IMG/VR virus record: IMGVR_UViG_2541047680_000009
Location: 1 to 37,464 of that record
DNA from: a virus
Taxonomy: Duplodnaviria > Heunggongvirae > Uroviricota > Caudoviricetes
DNA length: 37,464 bases
Reading direction: 5' to 3' (one strand)
How positions within the stretch are numbered: position 1 is the first letter of the stretch; each line of letters begins with the position of its first letter. Of this stretch, positions 9,454 to 18,206 are shown in pieces. The notes below the pieces were generated by a model. It did no database searches. It saw only the letters and a list, made by a program, of their open reading frames with translations, and was not told where the DNA came from. The position numbers and the translations under genes were made by a program.

Positions 9454-9958
9454 AATAACTCCTTCTGTAGGTTAAAAAAACAGGTGTTTGATCAGAATTA
9501 TATTAATAATTCATTCATCAGAAAAAAAGGTTTTTGTTATAGCAATAATAATGAGCACAATTGCTTGTGAAACTGGTGCCATTTTACGGTTGCTTAGTGA
9601 TCAGACATGAGATAAATGAAGGGGGATCCGTGAGATAAATAACGAATTGGAGTGGGTTAACATGGGTTCTGGTGAACAGAACTGAAATTCTTTTCCGCTA
9701 TACGATAGATAAGTCGGGCATTGAAATCATCCTTCCTGGCAACTTAGAATCGAGTTTGCTGAAACATGACCCGCAACAAAAAGGATGATTCCAATGACTA
9801 CTCAAAACAATAAGCATGATAGCCTGGATTACTCAGAAAAGCCCAAAAGCAAGCACATCGTGACGTTCGAGCGCGATTCCGGTAGAAAAGGAGAATCGTC
9901 TTCCTCTGCCAATAAAACCACTATGCCGGCAGCCCCTGCCCCAGGGAAAAAATAAACA

Positions 9959-10591
9959 TCATTCATCGTTCGTTGCACGAACGCGCCTGATCTCCACTCT
10001 GGCAATCTGATCTGCTGGAATATAGGTTGCCAGAGCTCCCCAGTACTTATCAACCACGCCTTTATACTCTTCCCATTCGTTACTGCCTGAAGGGCTGCTG
10101 TGCGTGACGTAAAGAACCATATCGCCTTTATTCCCCAGGGTAAACGGACCGTTAGGCCACTCTTCAAAGTTCCCTGGCAGCCGTGACATCATACCGGAAC
10201 CATCGCGAAGAATCACTCTGACCTCGGTAACGCTGAAGCCTGTTTGATCAAACATTGCCTGCCATGCTGAGCTGGTATCGTCAGACCATGAAATATCATT
10301 ATTCCACAGTAATCTGTACATCCATTTGCGACCGTACCTGCGCCACCACGCACCGCATGTAACGGCACACAGAAGTGCTGGTGGTGTTGCCAGCCAGGCA
10401 TTCAGACCTGCCCACATAACAGCCTGGTAAGCCATCATTGCTGTCAGGCCAAAAATCAGCGAAGAAAAAGTCACCTCAATGGGCTTGTGGTGATCCTTCA
10501 GTCCCACATTCGCAATAAAATACCCAATATAGCCACTGGTCAGGGTCACCAGTGTTGCCCATGGCAGATTTAACAACGAAACGTCAAACAT
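9959..10591 (-). CDS. Membrane protein of unknown function (about 3 N-terminal TM helices plus about 120-aa soluble C-terminal domain)
   Basis: GGAGA RBS 5 nt upstream of the ATG at 10591 (MFDVSLLNLPWATLV...); sits immediately downstream of the mor terminator, so likely a separate transcription unit at the extreme end of the early arm. Confidence 0.55.
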   Translation of the reverse strand: MFDVSLLNLPWATLVTLTSGYIGYFIANVGLKDHHKPIEVTFSSLIFGLTAMMAYQAVMWAGLNAWLATPPALLCAVTCGAWWRRYGRKWMYRLLWNNDISWSDDTSSAWQAMFDQTGFSVTEVRVILRDGSGMMSRLPGNFEEWPNGPFTLGNKGDMVLYVTHSSPSGSNEWEEYKGVVDKYWGALATYIPADQIARVEIRRVRATNDE

Positions 10592-10630
10592 ATTTTCTCC
10601 CTGCATCCTGAATACTAAAGAGAGAGCATA

Positions 10631-10660
10631 AAAAAAGCACGGTAAGGGGTCTACCGTGCT
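10631..10660 (-). terminator. Rho-independent terminator downstream of mor
   Basis: Perfect 9-bp stem AGCACGGTA/TACCGTGCT (10636-10660), 7-nt loop, followed on the minus strand by TTTTT. Confidence 0.7.
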
Positions 10661-10705
10661 TTTATACAATAAGGAGATTTTTGAAAGGACTTTAACAAGC
10701 AGGAA

Positions 10706-11104
10706 TTATCTGGATTTGTTAACGTCTTTCGTCTCCTCTGGCAGATCTTCATCAAACAACCTGCCCTGCATCCGATCCAGTTCTTCTTTTCTGACCCGCT
10801 TAACCACGCTGTAGACCCACTGAAGCGAAACACCAAACTTGCGGGCCAGTTCGTGGTGGTTGCGTCCGTTAAACTCCCTGAAGATTTCCCGGTCGCGCTG
10901 ACTGACCTTCCATACCATGCCCATCGGGAAATAAACGTTTTGCCCGCCCCAGACCTGCATCATTCGGTTCGCGACGGCCTGACCAATCTGGTCGGCAATT
11001 GCGGGCTCAATATCAATAATCTCGCGAACGGTCTCAGAGGTATGCTGTGCCAGCTCCACCAGGAGTTCCGGCCCTTTACTTCGAAACTGATTCAGGTCGC
11101 TCAT
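10706..11104 (-). CDS. mor: Mor-family transcriptional activator (Mu middle operon regulator)
   Basis: 132 aa; C-terminal FREFNGRNHHELARKFGVSLQWVYSVVKRVRKEE matches the Mor/C-family HTH region (Mu Mor: WNDFNGRNVSELTTRYGVTFNTVYKAIRRMRR). Confidence 0.85.
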   Translation of the reverse strand: MSDLNQFRSKGPELLVELAQHTSETVREIIDIEPAIADQIGQAVANRMMQVWGGQNVYFPMGMVWKVSQRDREIFREFNGRNHHELARKFGVSLQWVYSVVKRVRKEELDRMQGRLFDEDLPEETKDVNKSR

Positions 11105-11528
11105 GTTTGACTCCCGCAGCTCTGCGCTGCCACTTCTTCAGTTTCTCAATAACACTGCTTGCCTGTTCAGTACTGAGCCAGCGCAGGGCGCTGATGCCCG
11201 TTTCCCGCTTGATCCACCGCGCTAATGCATTTTCTGAACGGTCACGAACAATGCCGGCAGCAGCCATTTCAAGCCATAGCGCACGGATTTTCCTGGACTG
11301 CGGATGGTTATCCAGCGGTAAACCGGAGCTGGCTTTTCCGGCAGGCTTAACGCGAAAGCCTTTCCTTTTCATGGATTCCAGCACGCAGTTTAGTTGTGTG
11401 GTATCCATTCCTTTGGTTGAGGCTTTACCGGTCAGCCCCTGTAACATCTGGCGGTAGGTGTCTTCATCCATACCCAGTTCATTACGGGCAATATGAATGA
11501 GCTGGATAAGACGTTGTTTAGTCATCAT
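11076..11528 (-). CDS. gemA: GemA-family protein (Mu gp16-like)
   Basis: AAGGAG RBS 6 nt upstream of the ATG at 11528; MMTKQRLIQLIHIARNELGMDEDTYRQMLQ...AGKASS... resembles the GemA (DUF1018) family; sits directly upstream of mor as in Mu. Confidence 0.75.
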   Translation of the reverse strand: MMTKQRLIQLIHIARNELGMDEDTYRQMLQGLTGKASTKGMDTTQLNCVLESMKRKGFRVKPAGKASSGLPLDNHPQSRKIRALWLEMAAAGIVRDRSENALARWIKRETGISALRWLSTEQASSVIEKLKKWQRRAAGVKHERPESVSK

Positions 11529-11733
11529 CGTTGCTCCTTTTACCTGCGCCACCGATATAATCGACATATAAAGGAAGCGCCACAGGCCAGCACAGGAACA
11601 TCACCGACCAGCTAATCCAGTAGCCAGCACCACTGTAACGTGAATAAAACCCTGAACGGCGGTGCAGTTCAGCAGTACACCAACCGACAAAACAATACCA
11701 GAACAGGGCACATACAACAGATTCAGCCGTCAT
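11518..11733 (-). CDS. Small hydrophobic protein (71 aa), unknown function
   Basis: ATG at 11733 with a G-rich RBS; two predicted TM segments (VVCALFWYCFVGWC, WISWSVMFLCWPVALPL); overlaps neighbours by 11 nt on both sides. The ORF track extends the frame to 11889, but that start would overlap the previous gene. Confidence 0.4.
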   Translation of the reverse strand: MTAESVVCALFWYCFVGWCTAELHRRSGFYSRYSGAGYWISWSVMFLCWPVALPLYVDYIGGAGKRSNDDD

Positions 11734-11953
11734 TCTGAATATCCCCCCAACTGATATGAATATTACGGGCAGCAATGACAGGGTCGTTATTCCACCATGC
11801 ACCTGACATGTATTTTTCAACCTGTTCGCGTCCGGCAATAACACCAATTGTGATCCCCGGCCTGACGTTCTTAAAAAAGGCGCGGGCAAAAAGGTATCTG
11901 GCAGATATTCGGCAGGCTTTTAATTTCCGGCTTTTACCTGATAGCGTAATCAT
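11723..11953 (-). CDS. Hypothetical protein (76 aa)
   Basis: Start ATG overlaps the stop of the upstream gene (ATGA), indicating translational coupling. Confidence 0.4.
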   Translation of the reverse strand: MITLSGKSRKLKACRISARYLFARAFFKNVRPGITIGVIAGREQVEKYMSGAWWNNDPVIAARNIHISWGDIQNDG

Positions 11954-12633
11954 CTGGCCTCCAGTTTCTGTTGTTCCTGCCCACTGACCGGGCGGTGCAG
12001 TCTGACGTTCTGCCCTTCAAGAAACCCCGCATAGCGCGAGGCGTCGCCATTGCGGCTTCTTCCCGGTTTACGCGCCCTGGTGGTTTGCGTCTGCGGGTAT
12101 TTATGTTCCAGCCACTGCTGCATCAGTTCACGTTCGTCATCGGTCAGGGCGAAGGACTGTATTTCACTGATAACGGCCAGCACCCAGCCTTCAGCAAACT
12201 GGTCACCACGGCTGGTACGGGTGGCAGTTTTTATTCTTTTGTTCTGTGCGCTGATATATTGCTGACGCGCCTTTTTCAGCTGGCGGGCCAGCACTTCCCA
12301 GGTGTACGCAGCCAGTGCAGCCCGTTCCCGGTTGCCGTAGAACCCCACACCCGGATATGTGCCGGGGTGAATGATGGAGTTAACACCAAATGCCTCACGG
12401 ATGATGTTCATCAGGCCCAGCATGTAGCGCGGTGGACGGAGGCTGCCTGTCGGCCAGTAGTGACTGATGGTTTCATCAATATCACTCATGGCGATGTCGG
12501 AATGTGTGATGCCGTGAACATCCATCAGTTTACGGGCACGGCGCAGTGCCAGAGCGGCCTCGTGAGGGTTGCCGGATGCGGCCAGCGCCAGCAACTTTTT
12601 CAGTTTCTCAATGTGTTTATCCTGGTCTGTCAT
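11950..12633 (-). CDS. DUF2786-like phage protein (227 aa)
   Basis: N-terminal IEKLKKLLALAASGNPHEAALALRRARKLMDVHGI matches the conserved DUF2786 signature (KI.KLLALA.S.N..EA..AL..A..LM); ATGA overlap with the upstream gene. Confidence 0.55.
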   Translation of the reverse strand: MTDQDKHIEKLKKLLALAASGNPHEAALALRRARKLMDVHGITHSDIAMSDIDETISHYWPTGSLRPPRYMLGLMNIIREAFGVNSIIHPGTYPGVGFYGNRERAALAAYTWEVLARQLKKARQQYISAQNKRIKTATRTSRGDQFAEGWVLAVISEIQSFALTDDERELMQQWLEHKYPQTQTTRARKPGRSRNGDASRYAGFLEGQNVRLHRPVSGQEQQKLEAR

Positions 12634-12935
12634 TGTTCAGTATCTCCGGTGTACATGACGCCCAGCCGTGCGGCAAGGCGTTCCAGTTTTTTCTGTTTGT
12701 GGAAGTCAATCAGCCGGTCCATTCCCTGAAGGCGCAGCTGCTCTGTCATGATTTCCACGTCTGCCAGCTCTGCCGCGAGGTCACTTTCGCTGCCCTGTCC
12801 GTTCAGGTTGCGGGCGGCACTGGCCGCCAGTTCAGCGGCCTCTTCTGTCAGTTTCAGGGCCTGTGCGTCCGGCCCGAAACGCTGCAGGGCCAGACGGTAG
12901 AGGGCGGTGCGGGTGAGTTCGGTGTTCCGTGTCAT
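12630..12935 (-). CDS. MazG-like nucleotide pyrophosphohydrolase domain protein (101 aa)
   Basis: LTEEAAELAASA...(about 16 aa)...AAELADVEIMTEQL fits the paired EExxE / ExxD(V) helices of MazG-type NTP-PPases found in phages; assignment from motif only. Confidence 0.45.
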   Translation of the reverse strand: MTRNTELTRTALYRLALQRFGPDAQALKLTEEAAELAASAARNLNGQGSESDLAAELADVEIMTEQLRLQGMDRLIDFHKQKKLERLAARLGVMYTGDTEQ

Positions 12936-12944
12936 GCCGCGCCC

Positions 12945-13217
12945 TCAGTGTTTCCGGTCGACGGTGATGTTCAGGCCGCCTTCTGCAGTGGTTTCCATCC
13001 GGTACGGCACATCGTGCTCTGCCGTGTGGGTGAGTGTGTTCACCAGTACCTGCAGGGCAGCCGCCTTTCCGTTGGTCGCCACAATGGCCTGAGCGGTCAT
13101 GCTGATTAGCGCCGTCAGGACGTGCTTCACATCGGTGAGGTCGCGGCATTCACACTCGTTGACATAGTGTTCAACAAGGGTTCGGGTGCGCTGTCGTGCT
13201 TCCTGTGGGGTAATCAT
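12945..13217 (-). CDS. Hypothetical protein (90 aa)
   Basis: ATGA start/stop overlap with the upstream zinc-ribbon gene; no recognisable motif. Confidence 0.45.
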   Translation of the reverse strand: MITPQEARQRTRTLVEHYVNECECRDLTDVKHVLTALISMTAQAIVATNGKAAALQVLVNTLTHTAEHDVPYRMETTAEGGLNITVDRKH

Positions 13218-13408
13218 TGCGAGTCCTCCCTGTCAGGGCGGGAGAATTCCATGACGGGCACGTCTGCCGAAAAATGCTGACTGCAGTACGGACAGACCAG
13301 GGTGACGCGTACTGCAGGTACGTGGTACTTACCGGACATCACGGCGATGGCGCTGTGAAAACGCAGGGCTGTTATATCCCTCTCGCACTGAATACATTTA
13401 AATATCAT
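13214..13408 (-). CDS. Small zinc-ribbon protein (64 aa)
   Basis: Two Cys pairs (CIQC ... CPYC) spaced for a Zn ribbon; GAGGAG RBS 9 nt upstream. Confidence 0.45.
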   Translation of the reverse strand: MIFKCIQCERDITALRFHSAIAVMSGKYHVPAVRVTLVCPYCSQHFSADVPVMEFSRPDREDSQ

Positions 13409-13504
13409 GATTTAATTCTCCTCTGTTTCCGGCGTGCAGAAGCCCACGGCGCTGATGCCGGAATAAAAAAGAAAAGGCTGTTTTAAATAGCTTATATGCT
13501 GTTT

Positions 13505-14035
13505 TTACTGCACATTCTGCTCAAAAGGAATTATTGAAAAATCCTCAATATCACTTTTTATGGTAATACCGGGAATATTTTTCACGGCGTCCTTTTCATT
13601 CAGGATGGCGTCTTTATTTATTTCCTCCTTTACACGGATAAAGCGCTCAAGCCCCAGACGTCTCAGTAATTCAATAACATTATCCGCCCCACGGATACTG
13701 ACTGACGGCGGACGGTTTCGCCACTGCACCTCGCCGGTGGTGAGGTTAGCGAACTTCACCTTCCCGTTGCCGGTCAGTTCATCACGGTGTGCCTCACACC
13801 ATGTCTGAATACCGGACTGCAGTTCGGCCATGCGTTTTTTCAGGCTCTCGGTGAGCGGGGCATAACGTGCGGTGATGTCGCCAATGGTGTCATTCATTTC
13901 TGTTTCAGCCCTGACCAGTTCACGTTGCGCGTCACCAAGCAGTCTGATTCCCTCAATGACCTCTTCGCGTGTCCCCGGCACCCAGAGTGCTGCTGCGGCT
14001 TTGATACGTTTTGCCCCTTTTGTACTTTTTGCCAT
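13505..14035 (-). CDS. gam: Gam-like host-nuclease inhibitor (Mu Gam family)
   Basis: 176 aa; near-colinear similarity to Mu Gam (MAK..KRIK.AAA..VP..R..V...I..IGD.QRE..R.ETEMND.I..IT...A.......WCEA.RDELT..GKVK.ANL.TG.V.WR.RPPSVSIRG.D.V.E.L.RLGL.RFIR.K.EINK.AIL.E..AV..I.GIT.KS.IEDFSIIPFEQ). Confidence 0.9.
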   Translation of the reverse strand: MAKSTKGAKRIKAAAALWVPGTREEVIEGIRLLGDAQRELVRAETEMNDTIGDITARYAPLTESLKKRMAELQSGIQTWCEAHRDELTGNGKVKFANLTTGEVQWRNRPPSVSIRGADNVIELLRRLGLERFIRVKEEINKDAILNEKDAVKNIPGITIKSDIEDFSIIPFEQNVQ

Positions 14036-14062
14036 ATTTTATGACTCCTCCTGTTGTGCTGA

Positions 14063-14332
14063 TTACCACAAAGATTCCGGCCACACGACGCGACAGCCGT
14101 GCAGTTCGAAAACGCCCTGACGGAAATGTCCCCTGTGGTCATGACCGGTATACAGATAACAGGCCTTTCCCTGCTCAAGCATGCGCATGCAATGCGCACT
14201 CCGGGAAACGCGGATGACAGGTTTGTTACCCCTGATGGTGATGCTTTGTACATCCGTGTTCGTCGCCTTAAGCGCCATAATGGCTGACTGCACTTTGCTG
14301 ATTTGCTGGTTGATACCTGTGGTGGATTTCAT
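14063..14332 (-). CDS. Hypothetical protein (89 aa), immediately downstream of the B-like ATPase
   Basis: ATG 2 nt after the stop of the upstream gene; Cys/His-rich C-terminus; no family recognised. Confidence 0.45.
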   Translation of the reverse strand: MKSTTGINQQISKVQSAIMALKATNTDVQSITIRGNKPVIRVSRSAHCMRMLEQGKACYLYTGHDHRGHFRQGVFELHGCRVVWPESLW

Positions 14333-14334
14333 TA

Positions 14335-15501
14335 TTAAACCCCTTTGACAACGTCAGCGTTGACCTGTGGAACCCCGATTTCAGCGGCCAGATTCATGGC
14401 GGCTATTACCAGGTTACTGACGGCCAGCGGATACAGCAGGCTGACCATATTTTTACGATGACTTCCCGGATTGCTCAGGCGGGCACGTATGGCATCCACT
14501 GCGCTGGCGTCCATAATGTCCGTCAGTTGTTTACCGGCCCGTTGCAGTTTGAACGTCAGAAACTCTTCAAGGTTATTGTCCAGAGGCAGAAGTTCGACCA
14601 CCTCACAGCGCTGAACGACTTCACGGACTTCCATATTGCGTTCAGACAGTTTTGTCGCCAGTTCCGGCTGGCCAATCAGCACGATGGACAGCAGTTTTTT
14701 GAAACCGGACTCCAGCTCAAAAAAGCGTTTGAGGTGTTTCAGTGTCGGAATGGGCAGACTGTGGGCCTCCTCAATCACCAGAACGTGGCTGAACCCCGCC
14801 TGGCTGCTGTCTTTCAGGACGCGATGCAACTGGCGAAAGCGGGCGTCCTGACTGCGTCTGATGCTTTCCAGTGGTGCGATGGTACTGATAATGGCTTCGG
14901 CAATCGCTGCTGCCTTCAGGGTTTTCCCTTTCACATCGTTGTCTTCCATAGCGATGATGTATGGCTCGATAACAATTACCGGCGCATTCTCGCGGTTGAT
15001 ACGTTCAGTCAGGTCGCGGCGCAGCGTGGATTTACCCGCACCGGACTCACCGATGACGGCCATAAACCCACCATGACGGGCTGTCTGGTACAACGCCTCA
15101 CGCACGTAGCGAATATCCGGGGTGGTGAACACATCATCAGAACCCTGCATGGCTTCGTCGGCGAACGGGTCACGGAAAAGACCAAACGCTTTTTTGGTTG
15201 CTGGAAATAACACCTGTTTTTTGAGTAACATATTCTCTTCCTCACTGAGGCTCGTTTTATCTGTGGTACCCGCTGTACGGGGCGTGGCCGCGCCCTGTAC
15301 AGCATCAAAACTCTTCGTTGTATCAATCCCCTGACTTTCCAGCCAGGACGCAAGACGCCGGCGCACTTCTCCGGGGCTGGTGCGGGGCCACGCGTTATGA
15401 TTCACAATCTGGGCCAGCGTGGCCTCAGAAACATCGACAGCTCTCGCCACCACCGCCTGTGGAATACGGGCTTCTTTCAGTTGCTGCTTCAGTACCAGCA
15501 T
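14335..15501 (-). CDS. Transposition ATPase (MuB/TniB-like AAA+ protein with N-terminal HTH)
   Basis: GAGGAGG RBS 6 nt upstream of the ATG at 15501; N-terminal HTH (IPQAVVARAVDVSEATLAQIV); Walker A GESGAGKST; Walker B-like HVLVIEEAH; placed directly after the transposase. Confidence 0.85.
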   Translation of the reverse strand: MLVLKQQLKEARIPQAVVARAVDVSEATLAQIVNHNAWPRTSPGEVRRRLASWLESQGIDTTKSFDAVQGAATPRTAGTTDKTSLSEEENMLLKKQVLFPATKKAFGLFRDPFADEAMQGSDDVFTTPDIRYVREALYQTARHGGFMAVIGESGAGKSTLRRDLTERINRENAPVIVIEPYIIAMEDNDVKGKTLKAAAIAEAIISTIAPLESIRRSQDARFRQLHRVLKDSSQAGFSHVLVIEEAHSLPIPTLKHLKRFFELESGFKKLLSIVLIGQPELATKLSERNMEVREVVQRCEVVELLPLDNNLEEFLTFKLQRAGKQLTDIMDASAVDAIRARLSNPGSHRKNMVSLLYPLAVSNLVIAAMNLAAEIGVPQVNADVVKGV

Positions 15502-15511
15502 GTTTCCCTCC

Positions 15512-17281
15512 TCAGTTGCCGTTAACAATACTGATAACGCTGCTGCGGGCCGGCGTGGTCAGCGTGGCCATGACTTCATCCAGTGCGGCTTCCGGTACGC
15601 CGTCCGGATACTGTGCCGTTAACTGGCGGTAATGTTCCGGCGTCCAGGTAAAGCCGTTGGCGCTGAACTTATCGCGCAGGGCTTTCGCGGCCTCCACATA
15701 AGTCATGGGACGTTGTTCAGTGCGCGGCCCGCGTACGTCAGAGGCCTGACCACGCTTCGGCATATAGGCCGGAAGTGTGGTGTCGTCGATATGTTTATAC
15801 GGGTCAAGCCGCCCGCCGAACGGCAGCGCCTTCGCCTTGCGTGCGGCAGCTGCATCTGCGGCGTTGTCTGTACCGGTGACCAGCGCTTCGGTTTCTTTTG
15901 CCGCCATCTGCGCCGGGGTTTCCGGCAGGGCTTTGTAACTTTCGCCAAATACCGCCGCGCCTTCAGCAAAGCCAAACTCGTTCTTTCTGACCTCTTCGAC
16001 CAGGAAGAACGTCTCGTGGCCGTCCTCACCGGTCAGAACCACCTGTGCCACATCGCTGCGCCACGGGTTACGGGTAATCATCAGTTTTTCACCAACCAGT
16101 ACGCCCGGTACCGTTGATACGTCAAATTCAGTGCCCCGGAACGAGACACGAAGTTTTGGCGTGACTTTGCGGAGTTCTGGTGCCGCCACAGCCAGTTCAC
16201 GACATACCTCAACGGAAGGCGCTTTTTTCAGCTGCTCAGCAGTAATCTTCAGCCAGATATCCGTGCGGGTTTTACCGTGGCGGCTGTGAACAGCCGTGGC
16301 GTTAAAGTGGCTGCGCCATTTCGCGGCCAGCGCGTTGAGTTCTTCCAGACTGTGAACCGGCCGGAACTTCAGACCCGGCTCCAGCTTGCGTTCGATAATG
16401 TCCCGCGCCTTTTCCACCTGTCCGGTGGCGCGGGCGTTATGCGGCTTGTGCGCTATCAGGTCGATGCCCAGTGAGCGGCACATGTTTTTCGTCATACCCG
16501 CGGTGTTTGCCGAGCCGGGGTCGAGATAGAGTATTTTCGGCACACCGTGCAGCACGTCTGCGCCGCCACGCTCCTGCATGGCGTTGATAAGCACAGAACA
16601 CAGGTTCTCACCTGATTCCGCGCCCGTCACATACTCAACGTAAATCCAGCCGCTGGCATGGTCGGTAATCTCGTAACTCCACACGCGGTCACTGGCGATA
16701 CGGGCAAGGTTAGCGGGCTTGTTCTTGTAGAACTTCGCGCTGTCCATCACCTGCAGCCCTTTATGTCCATTGCTCAGGTAGTAAAGCGTGCAGAGTGAGG
16801 CGTCAATCTGCCAGACATGATTGGGATGCAGACTGGCCACTTCGGTATGCGGCGCAGGGGCATCCAGTTGTTCCGGGTGCAGGCCATAGTTACGCAGGGC
16901 TCGGCTGATGGCATCTTCGGACAACGGGAAAAACTCACCGGTGGTTTCATCTGTTCTGCCTGCGGATATAAAGCCGTTAGCCCGCAGGGTTTCCACTGCA
17001 TCCGCGATGGAATAGAGACGCTTACCGTTCTTGCGGGTGGCCTCACGCAGTGTGGCAGATATCAGCGCGGCTTCGTCGCGGGTCAGGGCGCTGCGCCCGG
17101 CATCGGCGCGTTTTTTGCGTTTATCAGTCACAGATACCTCCTTCAGCCTGCGCAGCAGAGTGGCGCGGGACATGCCAAGTTCAGCACAGGCAGCGTCGTA
17201 TACTGCGCCGCGTTTACCATGCCCCGCGTCACGTGCCGCGCGGGCGACATAAACCAGTCGTTCAGTCAGGGCAGCATTCAT
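15512..17281 (-). CDS. DDE transposase (rve/integrase-core type, Mu A functional analogue; spacing suggests Tn552/TniA-like rather than MuA-like)
   Basis: 589 aa; N-terminal HTH; catalytic region with HVWQIDAS (D1), YLDPGS (D2) and ...ATGQVEKARDIIE (E) in a D-D-35-E-like spacing; GGAGG RBS 9 nt upstream. Confidence 0.8.
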   Translation of the reverse strand: MNAALTERLVYVARAARDAGHGKRGAVYDAACAELGMSRATLLRRLKEVSVTDKRKKRADAGRSALTRDEAALISATLREATRKNGKRLYSIADAVETLRANGFISAGRTDETTGEFFPLSEDAISRALRNYGLHPEQLDAPAPHTEVASLHPNHVWQIDASLCTLYYLSNGHKGLQVMDSAKFYKNKPANLARIASDRVWSYEITDHASGWIYVEYVTGAESGENLCSVLINAMQERGGADVLHGVPKILYLDPGSANTAGMTKNMCRSLGIDLIAHKPHNARATGQVEKARDIIERKLEPGLKFRPVHSLEELNALAAKWRSHFNATAVHSRHGKTRTDIWLKITAEQLKKAPSVEVCRELAVAAPELRKVTPKLRVSFRGTEFDVSTVPGVLVGEKLMITRNPWRSDVAQVVLTGEDGHETFFLVEEVRKNEFGFAEGAAVFGESYKALPETPAQMAAKETEALVTGTDNAADAAAARKAKALPFGGRLDPYKHIDDTTLPAYMPKRGQASDVRGPRTEQRPMTYVEAAKALRDKFSANGFTWTPEHYRQLTAQYPDGVPEAALDEVMATLTTPARSSVISIVNGN

Positions 17282-17284
17282 TGG

Positions 17285-18196
17285 TTATGCCTCCAGCCCG
17301 TTAATCTGTGGCGTCGGCTCAGTCAGCCATGAAGGCGCTGCATTGCCTGTTGGCTCGTCCGGCAGGTCAAATGTGGAGCGCAGGCTACGCGCTGTGCTTT
17401 CCAGTTGACAGACCAGGCCTGCCATGAAGTCTCTGGGGGTATCAATCATGTTTTCAGCACAATATGCGCACAGCGTCTCAAAAGCGCTGGACAGTCGAAC
17501 GGCGATGGCAGATTCCGCCTCAACCGCTAACGCGGTCACTTCTGCCCGCAGTTTCTTCACCTCTTCATCAGGCTCAGGTGGCTGAATACGGGATTTCTTC
17601 TCCAGTCTGGTGGAGAGTGAGTCTATTTTTTCATTTTTGTCGGCGAGTACGCGCTGTTGTGCTGCGTTGGTTTCGCGCGCTTCGCGCAGGGCCTGACGCA
17701 ATTCACGTACTGACATGCGATCAACATCGTCAAGCGTCAGTCCGGCAACTGTGCCACCGTCGGCCAGTTCAGCAAGGTCGTCGTCATCTTCAGCAACAAG
17801 TTCAAATAATTTTGCCTTACCTAAAAGCGACAACGTTGTCGCTTTTGGCTCTAGTTTTGGTGAAAGGTATTTCAAAGATGCTTTCATCATTCGTTGTGCT
17901 GCGCGCACATGCAGACCAAGTTGTTCTTCTACAATTCCAACAAAGTCCCCGTGAGGTTCATTTTCTTTGAGAATAATAAGTCGTTTACCTGCTTCCAGCA
18001 TGGCCTCAGCGCTCTGTGCCATATAAAACCGAGCCTCATGAACTATGCGATCACGCTCATAGGGCTGACCATCGCCAAACTGCTGCATGATCTCCATACG
18101 ATGCTGTGTCATGGCGTTCAGACTGACATTGAGATCATCCGACAGCGGTACCTCGGCGTTCAGTTCAGTGTTAATCGGTGATTTGGTGCGTCCCAT
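17285..18196 (-). CDS. Hypothetical early protein (303 aa), coiled-coil rich with an acidic tract
   Basis: Lies between the regulators and the transposase; acidic stretch AEDDDDLAELADGG and long heptad regions; no family recognised. Confidence 0.55.
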   Translation of the reverse strand: MGRTKSPINTELNAEVPLSDDLNVSLNAMTQHRMEIMQQFGDGQPYERDRIVHEARFYMAQSAEAMLEAGKRLIILKENEPHGDFVGIVEEQLGLHVRAAQRMMKASLKYLSPKLEPKATTLSLLGKAKLFELVAEDDDDLAELADGGTVAGLTLDDVDRMSVRELRQALREARETNAAQQRVLADKNEKIDSLSTRLEKKSRIQPPEPDEEVKKLRAEVTALAVEAESAIAVRLSSAFETLCAYCAENMIDTPRDFMAGLVCQLESTARSLRSTFDLPDEPTGNAAPSWLTEPTPQINGLEA

Positions 18197-18206
18197 TTAT
18201 TACTCC

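Noticed and set aside
9793-9915. 40-aa plus-strand ORF with an AAGGA RBS, convergent with the membrane protein gene
   Set aside because: Very short, hydrophilic low-complexity product, no motif; kept only as a note in the boundary finding.
9829-10167. 112-aa minus-strand ORF overlapping the 3' half of the 210-aa membrane protein gene
   Set aside because: Different frame of the same strand region as a better-supported gene (RBS, TM helices); likely spurious.
10853-15353. Plus-strand ORFs antisense to the early operon (such as 11971-12729 of 252 aa, 12546-13109, 14458-15210 of 250 aa) and GC-rich minus-frame ORFs such as 12832-13149 and 15009-15353
   Set aside because: They overlap genes with recognisable family motifs (Gam, ATPase, GemA, Mor) and are the usual long open frames of GC-rich coding DNA.
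15632-18181. Plus-strand ORFs antisense to the transposase and the 303-aa gene (15632-16117, 16817-17332, 17464-17970 and others)
   Set aside because: Antisense to a DDE transposase with an intact catalytic triad; no RBS support.
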